A stretch of DNA of 64,000 bases from Fistulifera solaris (taxonomy: Eukaryota): assembly GCA_030295235.1 (NCBI GenBank), contig AP026164.1:620001-684000 (forward strand). The letters are read 5' to 3'. Position 1 is the first letter of the stretch. The number at the start of each line of letters is the position of its first letter. This document shows, one piece after another, positions 36,521-48,628 of this stretch. The notes beneath the pieces are model-generated. The model was not told the origin of the DNA, ran no database searches, and saw only the letters and a list, made by a program, of their open reading frames with translations. The translations under genes were made by a program, and so were the position numbers.

Positions 36521-38259
36521 CTAACGAAATCGAGCCAGCTGAGCCTGCTTAGCTGCTAGCTTAGCTTCAAGCTCACTTATCGCTTCCTCCTCTTCCTCTT
36601 CGTGAATATTCAATCTCACCAGAATCGTCAATTACCTCTTCTTCATAATACGATGATCCATCTTCGACAGTCTCTTCATCCACAAATACTTCATGAATTG
36701 AAAGAACTTCTTCCTCTTCTTCGTAATAGAGATTTTCACCATTTACTTTCTCATTATGATCATAGTATTCCTCGACCTCCTCATATTCTTCTTCGTCGTA
36801 GCGTTCGTCGGTAGCTGGGGTTACCAACGCCAGCTCCGAATCATCTTCATCTGCTAAGAACATTAGCTTATGTGTCACTCGTGGCTCTTCTTGCTCTGGT
36901 CCACGCGTAACTGCAATGGGTTGCGCTTGTTTGTAATTTTGAGAACTTGGCGCCTGCGTAGGTCTCCAGGAAGGTGGTGGGTTACTAGGTGCGGGCTTCG
37001 GGGGCGTCTTTTTTCAATCCAGCACGTGCGTCCAGAAAGTGTGTTCCTTGTGCTACAGGTTGATAAGATGAGACGCGTATTGATGGTGGCTCACTCAGGA
37101 GTGAGCCATTCATCAGCCGCTCTGAATGGACATGTTTGTTGTTGGTAGTTACGGGCGTCTGCGCTTCCGACTCGTCGCTTATTTGCCTCATTTTACTTGG
37201 AGGTGGTGTTCTCGCTGGAACCTGCTTACTTCGAGGCGGTGACATTGCTTGGACGGGCTGCTTATTTTCTTGACGATTTAGGTTTGCTTTTTGTTGACCC
37301 ACAGCGTTAGCGTGTGTCGGAAAAGATGAGCGTGTTCCGTTAGTTGCGCTGTGCTCTAAAATCTGCGAATTCTGAGGCCTCTTTGGTGAACCATTCGTTG
37401 CTTTTAACGATGGCTTCTGCATAGGTGGAGGCGACACTCGTCGCCGTGGGGAAGCTGAGTTTCGTTTTGGTGAAGACGTTGTGCTCCTACCGTTTGCTTG
37501 CGGTGTTGATAATTTCTTTGCTTTAGCTCCTGAAAGTGCCCTGGGACTTCTTCTTGGTGATGGTTGGTCGTGGTGTGGCACCTGGGTAGCTGCTGATTTT
37601 TCGGGTGATAAAGGAGCTTTCTTCTTTGGCACTCGTCTTATTTTTCGAACTAGCCTTTTACCTCCAACAATCATTACCGCAGGCTTCTCACTGAAATCCG
37701 ATGACGGTGACCCACCGAAACGGCGCGTATAACCATTAGGGCCCTCGTCAATATCTACCCCACTTCGTATCATGTCTCCTTCCTTCGAATGCTTCAATTT
37801 CATCCTTGCCCAACTCGGTTTGTTATCGTCTTTTGATGCCCCATATTTCTTGTATTCAAGTTGATTTGGCGTAATACCACCGTACATTTCCTGCATCTTT
37901 AACTTGAATTCATGTGGCAAGAGTTCTCCAGTTTCATACAAGGGAAAATCAGGGTCTTTATCAGCAATTCCAAATAGCTTCGGATTCAATCGAATGCGCA
38001 GTTCTTGTATTCTCGACCAATCGGGTTGCCCATCCGGAAGCGTCACCAAATGACCGTCTTGTCCTACGAGACCCGCAGCGGCAAGTTTCAAATAGTAATG
38101 AGACATTTGTTCCTGCATCTTCGTTTGAGCCTCATGTTCCGCCAGGTCTAATGTGTCGTGAGGTGTGAGATCCATCCACCACTTTGGAACTCTCCCCACC
38201 CCGATCGGCAGGGGCGCCTGATTCTGCACTATCTGTTTTACAACGGGTTTCGCTGACAT
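36521..38259 (-). CDS. Paralog of 30139..31116: GVGRVPxWW domain, KPxW module, basic Ser/Pro-rich region, WH2-like LKKT, acidic coiled tail
   Basis: The frame is open to 38580, but the likely start is MSAKP at 38259 by comparison with the paralog. Frameshifts at ~37010 and ~36610 join it to ORF 36573..36878 and to ...ELEAKLAAKQAQLARFR* (stop 36521-36523). Confidence 0.72.
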
Positions 38260-38976
38260 GATCGATCTCCGAAATGAAATAGGAATGTTTTTACGACGTG
38301 AATAATACGAATTTGTTGTCGGCACTGTCGAGGCACTTTTTCGAAACGTTCGTATTCCATGGATGTCATTTCGAATTGGTTTGTTCGCGTCAAAGAGTGG
38401 AGGGACCGGTACTGAAGGTGTTTCTTTTTCAAATAATCGGGTCATTTTCGTTGACGACCTCAACGAAAATGGTGGCAAGGAAAATGGCGTGAAAGTCGCA
38501 CCGTCGGACTTCCTAAAAGTACTTACAGGGCGCGTCGACGGAATTAGTTTAAGTACCCAACCCAACGGATTTATGAACATCTAATTAATTTTGTGGACTG
38601 TCTCTTGTCCTGTTCTGTCTCATCCCACTGTTACTAACTTTGATAGCAGATTGTACGAATGACCCAAACCATGACGACTCCTCTTGTCATGTTGCACTCC
38701 GCACCCTACCTCGCTAAGCAAATGTCTCAGATTTTTCACGGGAAGTACAATAGGAGTCACACAACCCTTCTCTAATGTCAGTACTGCTGAAATGGCTAAG
38801 CAAGGATGGAGAAAGCTCCCCTCGACCAAGACCTCATTCCTTCTTGGTTTGACGATGGTAAACAGAGGTACTGGTACGGTACTTGACAATCCATTTCCTC
38901 AGAAGTCAGAGATCAAACATAACAATATTATATACGCCGACAGCCACCATTTCCCTGACCTTTTATTTCCTTCGCC

Positions 38977-39990
38977 ATGACAGTCTACGACCAAAGCGAT
39001 AGCGACGACTCATCCTATGAAGAACAGAGTGAGAGTGAAAGCGAATACACAGAAGAAGAAGTTGAGGACGAAAGTTTTGAAGAGGACGATACAGAATCTT
39101 CAAGTGTCGTTATAGAATCCAAACCAATCAAGATTACATCGTTCTGGGAAACATCCATTCCCACATCTCCCGGCAAAAAGGAGCAAGTTGAAAGTTCCAG
39201 TAGCGATGATGAAGACACGGACGACTCCAGTCGTAGCGACGCGAAAGAAATATCGGTACAAAAGACGTCAATTTCAAAGGTTCTTTACGTGTCACAAGCC
39301 TCACCGGTCCGGGTCAAAGAAGATCACCCTTCCGTGCTAAAACAGGGTCCTTCGACACCAGTAGCACCGTCTCCGCCTCCCGTTATTGTGGTTGGACCGA
39401 CAGCACCAGTCCCGACCCCAGAAGTTGTGGTGCAAACGCCGGTACAAGTACCGGCTTCCGTCGTTGTGGAGGAGCCTGCATCCCCTGTCTCTCCGCCGGC
39501 TCCTGTGATCCAATCTCCGGTGGCCGCTCCGACATCCGTAAAACCATCATCCCCAACGAAACTAGCCCAATCCCCCGTCAAAGTTCCATCTCCACCTGCG
39601 ACCAAGACAGAACCGTCACGAGCTCCGACAACTACGTTTCATCGACCTGCAGGCTTTGCACGAGAAAATGAACCAGCAGCAGCAGACGACGACGACGACG
39701 ACAAATTGGCCTGGAAGAAGCCGGATTGGGCGAAAAAGACGGTACTACGGGCCACCGAAAAGGGCGATTTGCTCAAGCATGGTGCCACTCTGGCAGTTCC
39801 AATTACGAAAATCAGTGAAGTAGTAGAAAAGGAAAAGAAAAATTTAGGCTTCGCCAAGCCTGAGTGGACCAAGACGGTAAATCTCAAAAAGTCACAGAAA
39901 GGAGATAAGATGAAAGCTGGCGAATACATTAGCCGACCCATTGGAGGCATCAAAGCGTTGGAAGATCAAGTCCATTCATCTAATTTGTAG
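38977..39990 (+). CDS. Acidic N-terminus, Pro/Val/Ser-rich linker, two C-terminal KPxW repeats
   Basis: Clean 337-aa ORF with WKKPDW...LAVPIT and FAKPEW...ISRPIGGIK. Confidence 0.85.
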   Translation: MTVYDQSDSDDSSYEEQSESESEYTEEEVEDESFEEDDTESSSVVIESKPIKITSFWETSIPTSPGKKEQVESSSSDDEDTDDSSRSDAKEISVQKTSISKVLYVSQASPVRVKEDHPSVLKQGPSTPVAPSPPPVIVVGPTAPVPTPEVVVQTPVQVPASVVVEEPASPVSPPAPVIQSPVAAPTSVKPSSPTKLAQSPVKVPSPPATKTEPSRAPTTTFHRPAGFARENEPAAADDDDDDKLAWKKPDWAKKTVLRATEKGDLLKHGATLAVPITKISEVVEKEKKNLGFAKPEWTKTVNLKKSQKGDKMKAGEYISRPIGGIKALEDQVHSSNL

Positions 39991-40080
39991 TTGTGTGATA
40001 TTCAAAATAAGTTCGTTCTTCAACTAGTTATAAAGTATACAATATTATGCGTATCGGCTATCATTACATCTTTGATACCA

Positions 40081-42457
40081 CTAACGCCCTTGTCTTTGTC
40101 GCTTTGCAAAGAGGGGGTGCTTTTTCGAAGAACCTGACGAGCTTTCGCGATACCTGAGGCCAGTCCCGCCACTCATTTGTGCCATCGTAAGACCTGCTGT
40201 GCGTTTGACACTTGCATCGGCTAAAGCGGCTCCATCTGCATTGGTGCGTCGTATAGCAGTGTCCTCCGCCCTCTGGTCCTTTTCAAGTTCTGTTTCGCTG
40301 CCTAGCACTGTGCGAAGGAGATCTCGGTCGTTTTCTGGTGTAGAGTAAGCGTAGCCTTTCTCGACTGCTTCCTTATCTGCTCGTTCGCAAAGGTTCGTTA
40401 CGATTTTAAAGGTATAACCTTGGTCAATCAGGTACTGCTGACGCTTGGCAGAGTAAAACATCTCTTGAGTGTCGGTACTGACCAAGGTGTAAAAGAATGC
40501 ATTAAAAGACGACCGATTGCTACCATCTTGTTGAGTGTAAGACTTAGGTCTAAGAATTCGTCCTAACCGTTGTGCTTCTTGTCGCCGTGATCCGAAATGA
40601 GATGATACTTGAATGATGACATTCGCCTCGGGAAGATCGATTGACGTATCACCGACTTTGCTGATACAAATGGTTCTCACAGTATCCGTTGAACGAAACG
40701 TTCCTAGAATAGCTTGTCGTTCATACTCCGGTGTCTCTCCGTAGATCAAAGGCTTCTTCAACATTTCGGCGAACTTTTTCAGGCTGTACACCAGGTCAGA
40801 GAAAACTATAATTTTATCTCCTCTTTCCTCGTGAAAGCGAACGAGAAACTCTGTGGCTCTAAGCTTGCTCGGATTCATCACATAGAGAAGCTGCTTCAAA
40901 CGAGAGTTGGAGGCCATCAAGTATTCCTTCATAAATGGACCTGTCATGGGGCACCACACTTCGACACACTGCACGTTGGCAAGATAGCCTTGCGCAGTAA
41001 GATCCATCCAATTTGCTTCGTAAAGCTTGGGTCCGATCAGAAAGTTCAAGTCGCTGATAAGATCGTCTTCTCGGACTAGAGTTGCAGTCAAACCCAGTCG
41101 ACAATGGGCCTTTACGGAACCAACTACGCGACGAAACATCTTGGCTGGGACGACGTGGACTTCATCCATCAACAGCAACCCCCATTCACGGGAGGTGATT
41201 ATGTCCATAATTTCTTGTGCTTTGTCGGAGCGTTTCCCTGAAAAGCTAACCATGGTATAAGTGGTCACCAGTACACATGCACCTGGGTTAATTGTATCCT
41301 TACGATCGGATGTGAACACAGCAATGTTTTCATCGGGAATGTTAGTCCATAGCTGAAATTGAAACTTCCATTGTAATACAGAGACTGCGTTTGTGCAAAG
41401 ACATACAACAGATTTCTTAATTGTTTGTGCCGCGGTTACTCCGGTCAACGTCTTTCCTGCGCCGCAGGGTAGCACAATGATTCCCGATCTCGCTCTGCCG
41501 TTTCCGAACATTTTGGCTAGGGACCGCTCTTGGTACCGCCGAATCCGTGTGTGAGGTTTTAAATCGAATTGCGGTACATTAGGATTGATTTGATCGTTTC
41601 GGAAATCATACTCTTCCATGAGCGGATAATCCAATTCAATCGCTTGGCGCTTCACTTGCTCGACGGCTTCGGCTTTCACCTGAAAGCTTACCACGACTGT
41701 AGGTTTCTTGACTTTCTGTACTTCATCTCTGTCTTCGTCGTCGCTGTCTTCGTCGGGCTCTCGGAGTATTTGTAGATTCTCCTTCATTTCCTCTGCTTTC
41801 GTGTAGGTTGTAAAACCCTGCTCGTCTACGTTCTCCGTGTCCTCCATCAATCGAGCCTGAGCAATGGTCGGATCGCGAAGAAGCTCGCGAAGAACTATAG
41901 GAAATTCGGATTCCACATAAAATCGATTGTGTTTCAGTACTAATTTGGCTTTGCCATATTTCATGGTACAATCGCGAATGAACTTCTTCACTTCTTTGGG
42001 CAGTTCATTCTTTGACAACCGTTCCAAAACGCTAATGATCGCTTCAGTTTCTATGTTAGTTGCCACGGCAGCATAAAGACTATAAGGCGTGAGTTTGTAT
42101 CTTTGCAAAAAAATAAACAAGGCCGCTGGTGAGAAAAGGAAAGTCATAACACGCCTTGATACGATTGACAGCAACAACTTACTGATGTAGAAACTCTGGC
42201 CTCGCCACAGGCTCAGCAATTGCTACTAAAAAGTCGTAGGCAGCAACATAGAGATCATGAAACGCCTCCAGAAAAATACTTCCATCCGGACAAGTCCAAA
42301 CGGGACGCTGAATGTGGTCGGCTTTCAAAGGAAGGTGCGAAAAATCTGCTCCTAAACCGCCAGTGCTGTTCTTGGTTAAAGCAGCCTCGCGCTTCTCGGC
42401 TCTCAATACCAGCTTGCGCGCGCTTGTATATTCATCGGGGGTATCTATATCACCCAT
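40081..42457 (-). CDS. XPB: TFIIH DNA helicase XPB (Ssl2/Rad25)
   Basis: [30 protein letters not shown] (RED motif) and [19 protein letters not shown]-terminal [13 protein letters not shown] exon, with an intron at ~42183-42101. Confidence 0.96.
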
Positions 42458-42734
42458 GGCTGATGGTTACTTAAAAGTATTTGTACCAGGACTTTGCAAG
42501 GGATTGCTTTGCGCCGCCGATTGGGAAAGAATAAAAATAATAAACAACAACCAAAATATTGCGATCCGCCGCGTTTCATCGTACATCCGTCAACCGTAGC
42601 TTTAATTCGACCAGGTTTGTTGTTGTTACTGTTACGTTTCATTTGGTTGGCGACATCGTGGAACGTTGCCTCTGCAATAGATTACCTCTCGATTAAGTAG
42701 TTTCTTAGTAGAACACTACGTCGCTGTAGTGATC

Positions 42735-43048
42735 ATGGCTCCGAAATTTCAAAAAGGACCGGATTTAAAACGCTTCATGGTGAGTGTTTCGCAGCGCGGC
42801 TAACTTTTCTGATTTTGCTCTCGCGTTCCATTCACACCTAAGCTCGCATATCAATTTTACAGGACAAGCGCTTGCGTGTGTCTTTGAATGGTAATCGACG
42901 TATCATCGGAACTTTGCGAGGTTACGATGCGTTCCTTAATGTAGTTCTAGAGCAAGTAGAGAATGAGGCAAACGGCGAATATTTAGGACAAGTTGTCCTT
43001 CGAGGAAACTCGATTGTACAGTTTGAAGGCCTTGAACGAGTATCTTAG
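42735..43048 (+). CDS. SNRPG: Small nuclear ribonucleoprotein G (absent from the ORF track)
   Basis: Exons 42735..42779 and 42863..43048 give MAPKFQKGPDLKRFMDKRLRVSLNGNRRIIGTLRGYDAFLNVVLE...GQVVLRGNSIVQFEGLERVS, with Sm1 and Sm2 motifs. Confidence 0.92.
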
Positions 43049-43251
43049 TTTTGGCTGTTTCATGAGTTTAAACTTTTATCATTTCTTTCGGAAAAACAAT
43101 GCTCTATCGCGTCAATGCTTATATCAGCTACGTGAGTTTGTGTAGCAACAACTGAAGCTATTATCAATTCAATGTAACTTATTCGGGGCGCTTAATTACT
43201 CGACTAACCAAGACTTAATTAAATGTTTGTGCAAATTCCAATGATCCTTCT

Positions 43252-45592
43252 CTAAACTTCGGAAACATCTGAACTTTCCGCACGGGTCACGTACTTCATT
43301 CCGATTGTTTCGTATGGACTGTTCGCTAGAGGCGTCCGACTGTGTGTGACAGACCATGCACCCGAGGCGATTGATGAGCTCGAGCTCATATTTAGATCGT
43401 TTCTATGTACAGGTAGCTTTTCCAAGAACGAAGAAAGAATGTAAAGGGTGTTGGGCAGCTTGAGCTCCACGGTACCTTCGGTCAATTGTTTGCGAATCGA
43501 GCGAACGAATGCTTTGCACGTCTTCGCCCAGATCTCAAGGGCCATGACACAAGACTTAGTTCTGAATGATGAGCTTCCTTTTTTCTTTTGGTATTGACGT
43601 AGCGCGGTAGTAAGCGCATTCCCACTACGATGATGTGCTTTGACCATTTCATCACCTCGGTAGATGCCGAATCCGGCTAGGAAATCAACTTGCCAAGGAC
43701 GTAGAATGTTTTCAAGCGAAGTTGGCTCTTCAGGATTACGTAGACCGGTTGAGTACTTACCGCACGTACATCCAGTCCCCATCAATGGTAGGAAGAAGTC
43801 GATCAAGTCATCCTTTCCAGCAAACAGTCCGCTCGAACAGAAACATTCGCCGTCCGCAGGAAATCTCGAATCACCAATGCTACCCACTCTGTTGATAACG
43901 ATGTCACGGTGCCACGGTCGTCCGTCTCGCGAAGCACTGCCAATGGCTGACTGCGTAGTATGTACCTTCGAGTGAATGTACCTGGTCCAAGGTGAATCGG
44001 CTGGAGTTTTAATTGGCGAAGGACCAAGACTTTCACACTCCGTTCGGATGTCGGTAAGCTTGCTATCAGCCACGGAATAGTGCTCATCATCGTCAATTTC
44101 TACGTGTGACGGGATAGAACAGTTATCATCGGTGTTGAACGTTTTCGTAACTTTTGTGAGGTTCATAAAATCCGTCGTGTGGCGTTTGCTGCCTTGACTT
44201 GGTTTTACATCCCTCTCTGGACTCGAAAAAACTAATCCACTGCTTTGTCGATCAGCATCCGACATGTTGTGAAGGGTGTTGCGATCGATAGAACGAGGTG
44301 CCGATTTCGACCGCTGGTATTTAGCTCCATTTCTCAACTTTCCCCTATGATCCAAAGGTGACGGGACGAAATCAACCTCAGCATGTGAATTATTAATGCT
44401 ATTTTCTCTCTGGTACTCAAAATGATCTCGGTGTGTCGGTGTGTTTGCGAAAAGTGGCGATTTTGAGCGGGGTAGCGGGTGTACAGCATCGACACTTTCA
44501 AGAACTTGTTGAACGGCAGTTCTAAAGTCACCGCGGCTTCTAGATGCAGATCTTGTTCGACGAATGTTTCGTCCAAGGCCATCCTGACCAGCCTCGGGAG
44601 CCTGGGTTCGAGTTCTTCCCCTCGAACTTGCTCTTGTGTCGCGACGACTCTGAAAGTACTGTTCCCTGATTCTAGATGCTTGACTAACACATGCAGAATC
44701 GTCGTCCGGTTTAATTTTTGACTCAGTTGTACGAACTACCGTTGTATCATGGACCCTTCCACGTGGAAAGCCACCCCCACAGGGGCTAGTGGCTCGTCCT
44801 TCGATGTACTTCGCGATGATCTCAGTGGGGAAAGCTTTCCAGGTGACAAAAAGTGAGCATTTGGCTTGTCATCACTCTTTTCACGCCAGTGCTGGAGAAT
44901 GTTGGCAAAGCTCTTTCTTCCTTCTTGTTTCTTTTGGGTAAGTTGCGAAGGTAGACTCATTCGTCGACGAGCACGCTCGTTGAAGGTGCTCGGGAATGTT
45001 GAGCTTTTTGGAGTGATCAGGGCTGCCATGTTCTGTTCTCGCCGTTCATTCTCCTTCTTTTTGTGCTGCAATTCTTGCTGCTTTCGCAACTCCTCTTGTT
45101 TTTCCTGTTGTTGCTGGTGTACTCTATCTTCGATCCCCCCGATAATGTCTGAAATCAGATGGGATTCAACAAGAAGCGTTGTCTGTGGTATCACCTTTTT
45201 CTCGATCCCATCAAGCCCATTTCTCTCCATATTTCATAGGCCCATTCGTGCGGATCTTCGGTAGTTTGAGGGGCTACAGTCGTTTTGGTTGCGCACAACG
45301 GATTTTGCGATTCCCTAATGCTTTCATGTGCAATGGAAGGAGCAGATTCCATGCACGGTTCTAACAGGAGATCGATATCTCTCAACTGCGCATTGTTCTG
45401 GCTCTTACACGATCGCTGAGGAGATTCCAAGTGTGTTGCGACGCCGTTTTCCTTTTCATTGCCATGGTTCGTGGCAGTTTCTTGCGGTTTGCTATTATTT
45501 AATTTGGCCCCTTCGTGGCCCTTCTTCCCCGAAGCAGTGTTTGGACTTCGATTCCAAAGACGAAGCATTTGTAACCTCGTCTTATGTGGCAC
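43252..45592 (-). CDS. Hypothetical ~780-aa protein: disordered N-terminal part, Cys-containing C-terminal domain
   Basis: ORFs 45191..45592 and 44736..45230, plus the frame of 43252..44355 (open up to ~44760), join via two frameshifts. C-terminal CFCS...FFLP..G..CTCG...ILRPWQVDFL. Confidence 0.6.
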
Positions 45593-46344
45593 GCTATTAT
45601 GTTTCTTTGTTATTGAAGGGATGTATTTGTTGTTGCTATCAGATGGCGAGGCAAAAAGTGACGACAGAGACAGAGCTCATTCATCTTTATGGAGCACTGA
45701 GCACTAAGAGCTTAAGAGCGAAGGTGCGGACAAAAAAAGTGTCTTACAATTATACGATTACGAATACTTTAATTGCCAAAGGTGTTTTTTCTAGTTTCGT
45801 ACTTACAACTTTCGCGAAGCCGTCTGTCGTAAGAGTAGTAAATCTGAAAGTACTGAGAACTGAGACTCGAAAACAAACACTATTATTTCGAGAAAAGCAA
45901 CGCTCCTCCGCACCAGACTCCACACCTCTGCCGTTAAACTTTATGTTTAGCAGGTAGATGACCATTTCAAGAGTGAAACACGTACCGTACCTAACAATTG
46001 TTATCCAAGCAGGCAGACCGTCAATCATTAACAGCAATTTAGAAAAGCGTTGGCTATGGTTTCATGAACGTTAAGTTTTGAGTTCGATAGTCTCTGTCGA
46101 CAGTCGACAACCATCGATGTAGACAAGGCCGTGAAACATATGGAGTACTATAGAGTGTCTGAAAACTGCAACTGCAATCGTCCATCTCGGGCTAGGGAAC
46201 CACCTCTAGCTGGTACACGGGCTCTCGCAACTGGTTTCTAGCCTGTCGCATCTAGCGATCTAAGCCGTTTTAACTCGAAACGGACGTTGTTCGTAGAGTA
46301 TAGAACGCTTTTAGATCTAATAAAACAGAGTGTCGAAACAACCA

Positions 46345-46914
46345 TCATTCATTATCTGACGTACAATTGTCTGAATTAACTAGGTGCATTGGCCCTTTCG
46401 TTGAAAAAGGAGTCGAATGCATCATCTGACATAGAAGCTGGAAGTCCGGTGTACGTGCGCCTCCAAGAGGCTCAGTATCAAAAAAATCTCCAGACTTCCC
46501 TACACCAGGCGCACTAGTCGTAGATTCTGCAAACAATAGATCCTCCACGACATCTGGTTGGGGAGCTGCTGCTACTGTTGTGGTAGCAGGGGTTTCGGTC
46601 AAAGCAACCGTGTCGATATCCGTCATAACTTTTGTAAGCCGATCATTGACTTCCAAACATTTCATCAGAACAGGCTCCGAAACAAATCCTTGAGCTGCGG
46701 CTTCAACTAACTGGACCATGCGTGGGGAACAAGCCTCTAAGAAACCAATTAACGACATGACAGTTGCGTCCTTTCGAACACTAGGAACAGGATTGCCGCC
46801 TCCTGGTCGCAAAAGACCCTCAATAATATCCATTTTCTCGCAAACGGTATTCAAGTCGCTCATGATTTTGCTATCGATCATGTCTTGCGAGGCGGTAACC
46901 ATCGTGGACGTCAT
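46345..46914 (-). CDS. GAT-domain protein (TOM1/GGA-like)
   Basis: FLEACSPRMVQLVEAAAQG..SE.VLMKCLEVNDRL resembles the GAT helices. The true end is probably DDAFDSFFNERANAPS* at 46376 via a frameshift. Confidence 0.6.
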   Translation of the reverse strand: MTSTMVTASQDMIDSKIMSDLNTVCEKMDIIEGLLRPGGGNPVPSVRKDATVMSLIGFLEACSPRMVQLVEAAAQGFVSEPVLMKCLEVNDRLTKVMTDIDTVALTETPATTTVAAAPQPDVVEDLLFAESTTSAPGVGKSGDFFDTEPLGGARTPDFQLLCQMMHSTPFSTKGPMHLVNSDNCTSDNE

Positions 46915-47450
46915 TGTATGATTTAGTTCCGATGTGGTGAAATTCGGTAGACAGGCGGCGCGAAACGGTAATCGTACTTTGTATGAGTGCGAAGTTTAGC
47001 TTATTTGTCGTCGTTCTGATTAAATAATCTGAAACAGGCGCGAATCGTGTAGGTTTGTTGTTGCTCGCTAAGTGAAAAGACGAAGAGTTACGGTCGAATG
47101 AATGTTTTTATTATTTCCCCTAAAACGCAACGAGGACGTGCGGATCTTTTCGCAATCGTGCAGTTTTTGCTTGTTCATTTTCTCCCTCTAATCCTTGCAG
47201 CGTACCGGTACTCGCATCACTGTGCGGCTAGTACAGTCTGGGAATTACCTTAACCTTAAAGTACATGTGACCTGGTCACAGTCGACAGCTCGCTCGACAA
47301 CCTATTAGGTTCACATAGTTATTTGAAACTAAGCTATTAAAAAATGCTCAACATTTTAGCACAAAATTTTTAAATTAAGATGAGCTCGCACGTAAGTAAA
47401 TCAAATAGCTCCAGTAGGCACAACGTCATCGCTTCTCTACTTAGAGTGTG

Positions 47451-48170
47451 TCATTTGCCTTGCTGCAGAGACTTACATAGCTCCAGCAATTCTTTGGCTT
47501 CTTGGGCTTCTAATGGTGCCCCATCGGATGATTCACACTTTTCTTTTGAAGCTAAAGCGCGCTGACAAATGTCTCGAATCACTCGACACCAGCTCACTGT
47601 CCCTTCAATGTTTGCGTGCATCGCAGAAGGCGGAATCTTGACCATGTAAAGAACAGCCGGACCCGTGGTTTCGTTGTCGTTCTCGTGCACCCAACCTACG
47701 GCTTTCCCTTGGCGACTGGCCAAAACATGAGCACTCCCTGCAGTCCATGATTCCAATATGTGACGTCCATCCTCTTCGCTGCTAGACCCAACAATACCAG
47801 TTCCAATATGTTGTAATTTTCCTCCTAGACGTTCCACGCATATAATTCGATGATTGTTGCCAAATTCGAGTAAAGGTTCCGCTTCGCTCGGCAACGTCCA
47901 TTGCCAAATGGAAAACATAACTGTTTCTTCACCAATCTTGACAGCTTCTTGTCGCACAAGCTGGCGTTCCTGTGTTCGTTTCAAAGACCCCTTGATTCGC
48001 TTAAATCGATCAATCGCTTCCTTGATCTCATTCGGAAGGACAAATCCTCCGGGTTTGACACCGCATTCATCGCAATCACACGCGCCCAAATGGCGATCAC
48101 GTTTCCCCGCAAACGTCATGGACTGCAGAAAAGCGTTTGTCTCCTCTTTTTCATTCTCCTTGGAACTCAT
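47451..48170 (-). CDS. Hypothetical protein
   Basis: Clean 239-aa ATG ORF with an N-terminal HxxxCxCxxC cluster. Confidence 0.55.
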   Translation of the reverse strand: MSSKENEKEETNAFLQSMTFAGKRDRHLGACDCDECGVKPGGFVLPNEIKEAIDRFKRIKGSLKRTQERQLVRQEAVKIGEETVMFSIWQWTLPSEAEPLLEFGNNHRIICVERLGGKLQHIGTGIVGSSSEEDGRHILESWTAGSAHVLASRQGKAVGWVHENDNETTGPAVLYMVKIPPSAMHANIEGTVSWCRVIRDICQRALASKEKCESSDGAPLEAQEAKELLELCKSLQQGK

Positions 48171-48628
48171 TGTAGGAAAGGTTTCTAATGGTTAGAACAG
48201 TTAATTTATTCCTGATGATGATTATTACAAGATTCTATTTCAATCATTTGTTCGTTCAGATTTCTGGCTCTCTTTGTTTTTTATTCAAGGTTGACTTAGT
48301 TCATTCATGAGACAGACGTCATTTCATGGAGAGTCATTGTTGTTGTACCAGTACAAGTATGATGATGTCTGTAAACTTATCTCTAGTGGGCGACCTTGTC
48401 TTGACGGGACTCCTCCTCAAGTCATTTTTGGTTGTCTGTATGGCGACCGGTAGGAGGAGTTGCCGTCGTCGTCGGACGCAGCACGAAACAAGCAGCGAGG
48501 CATTTTTTTGTATCCAACGTACTGTACAACGCCAGATCCGACAAGCCGCTTGCGCCGTTGTCATCCGCAGCAACAACAGGCTGTTTGGATGCCCCTGTTG
48601 GTCGTTTTAATTTCATTCTAACTTGAGC

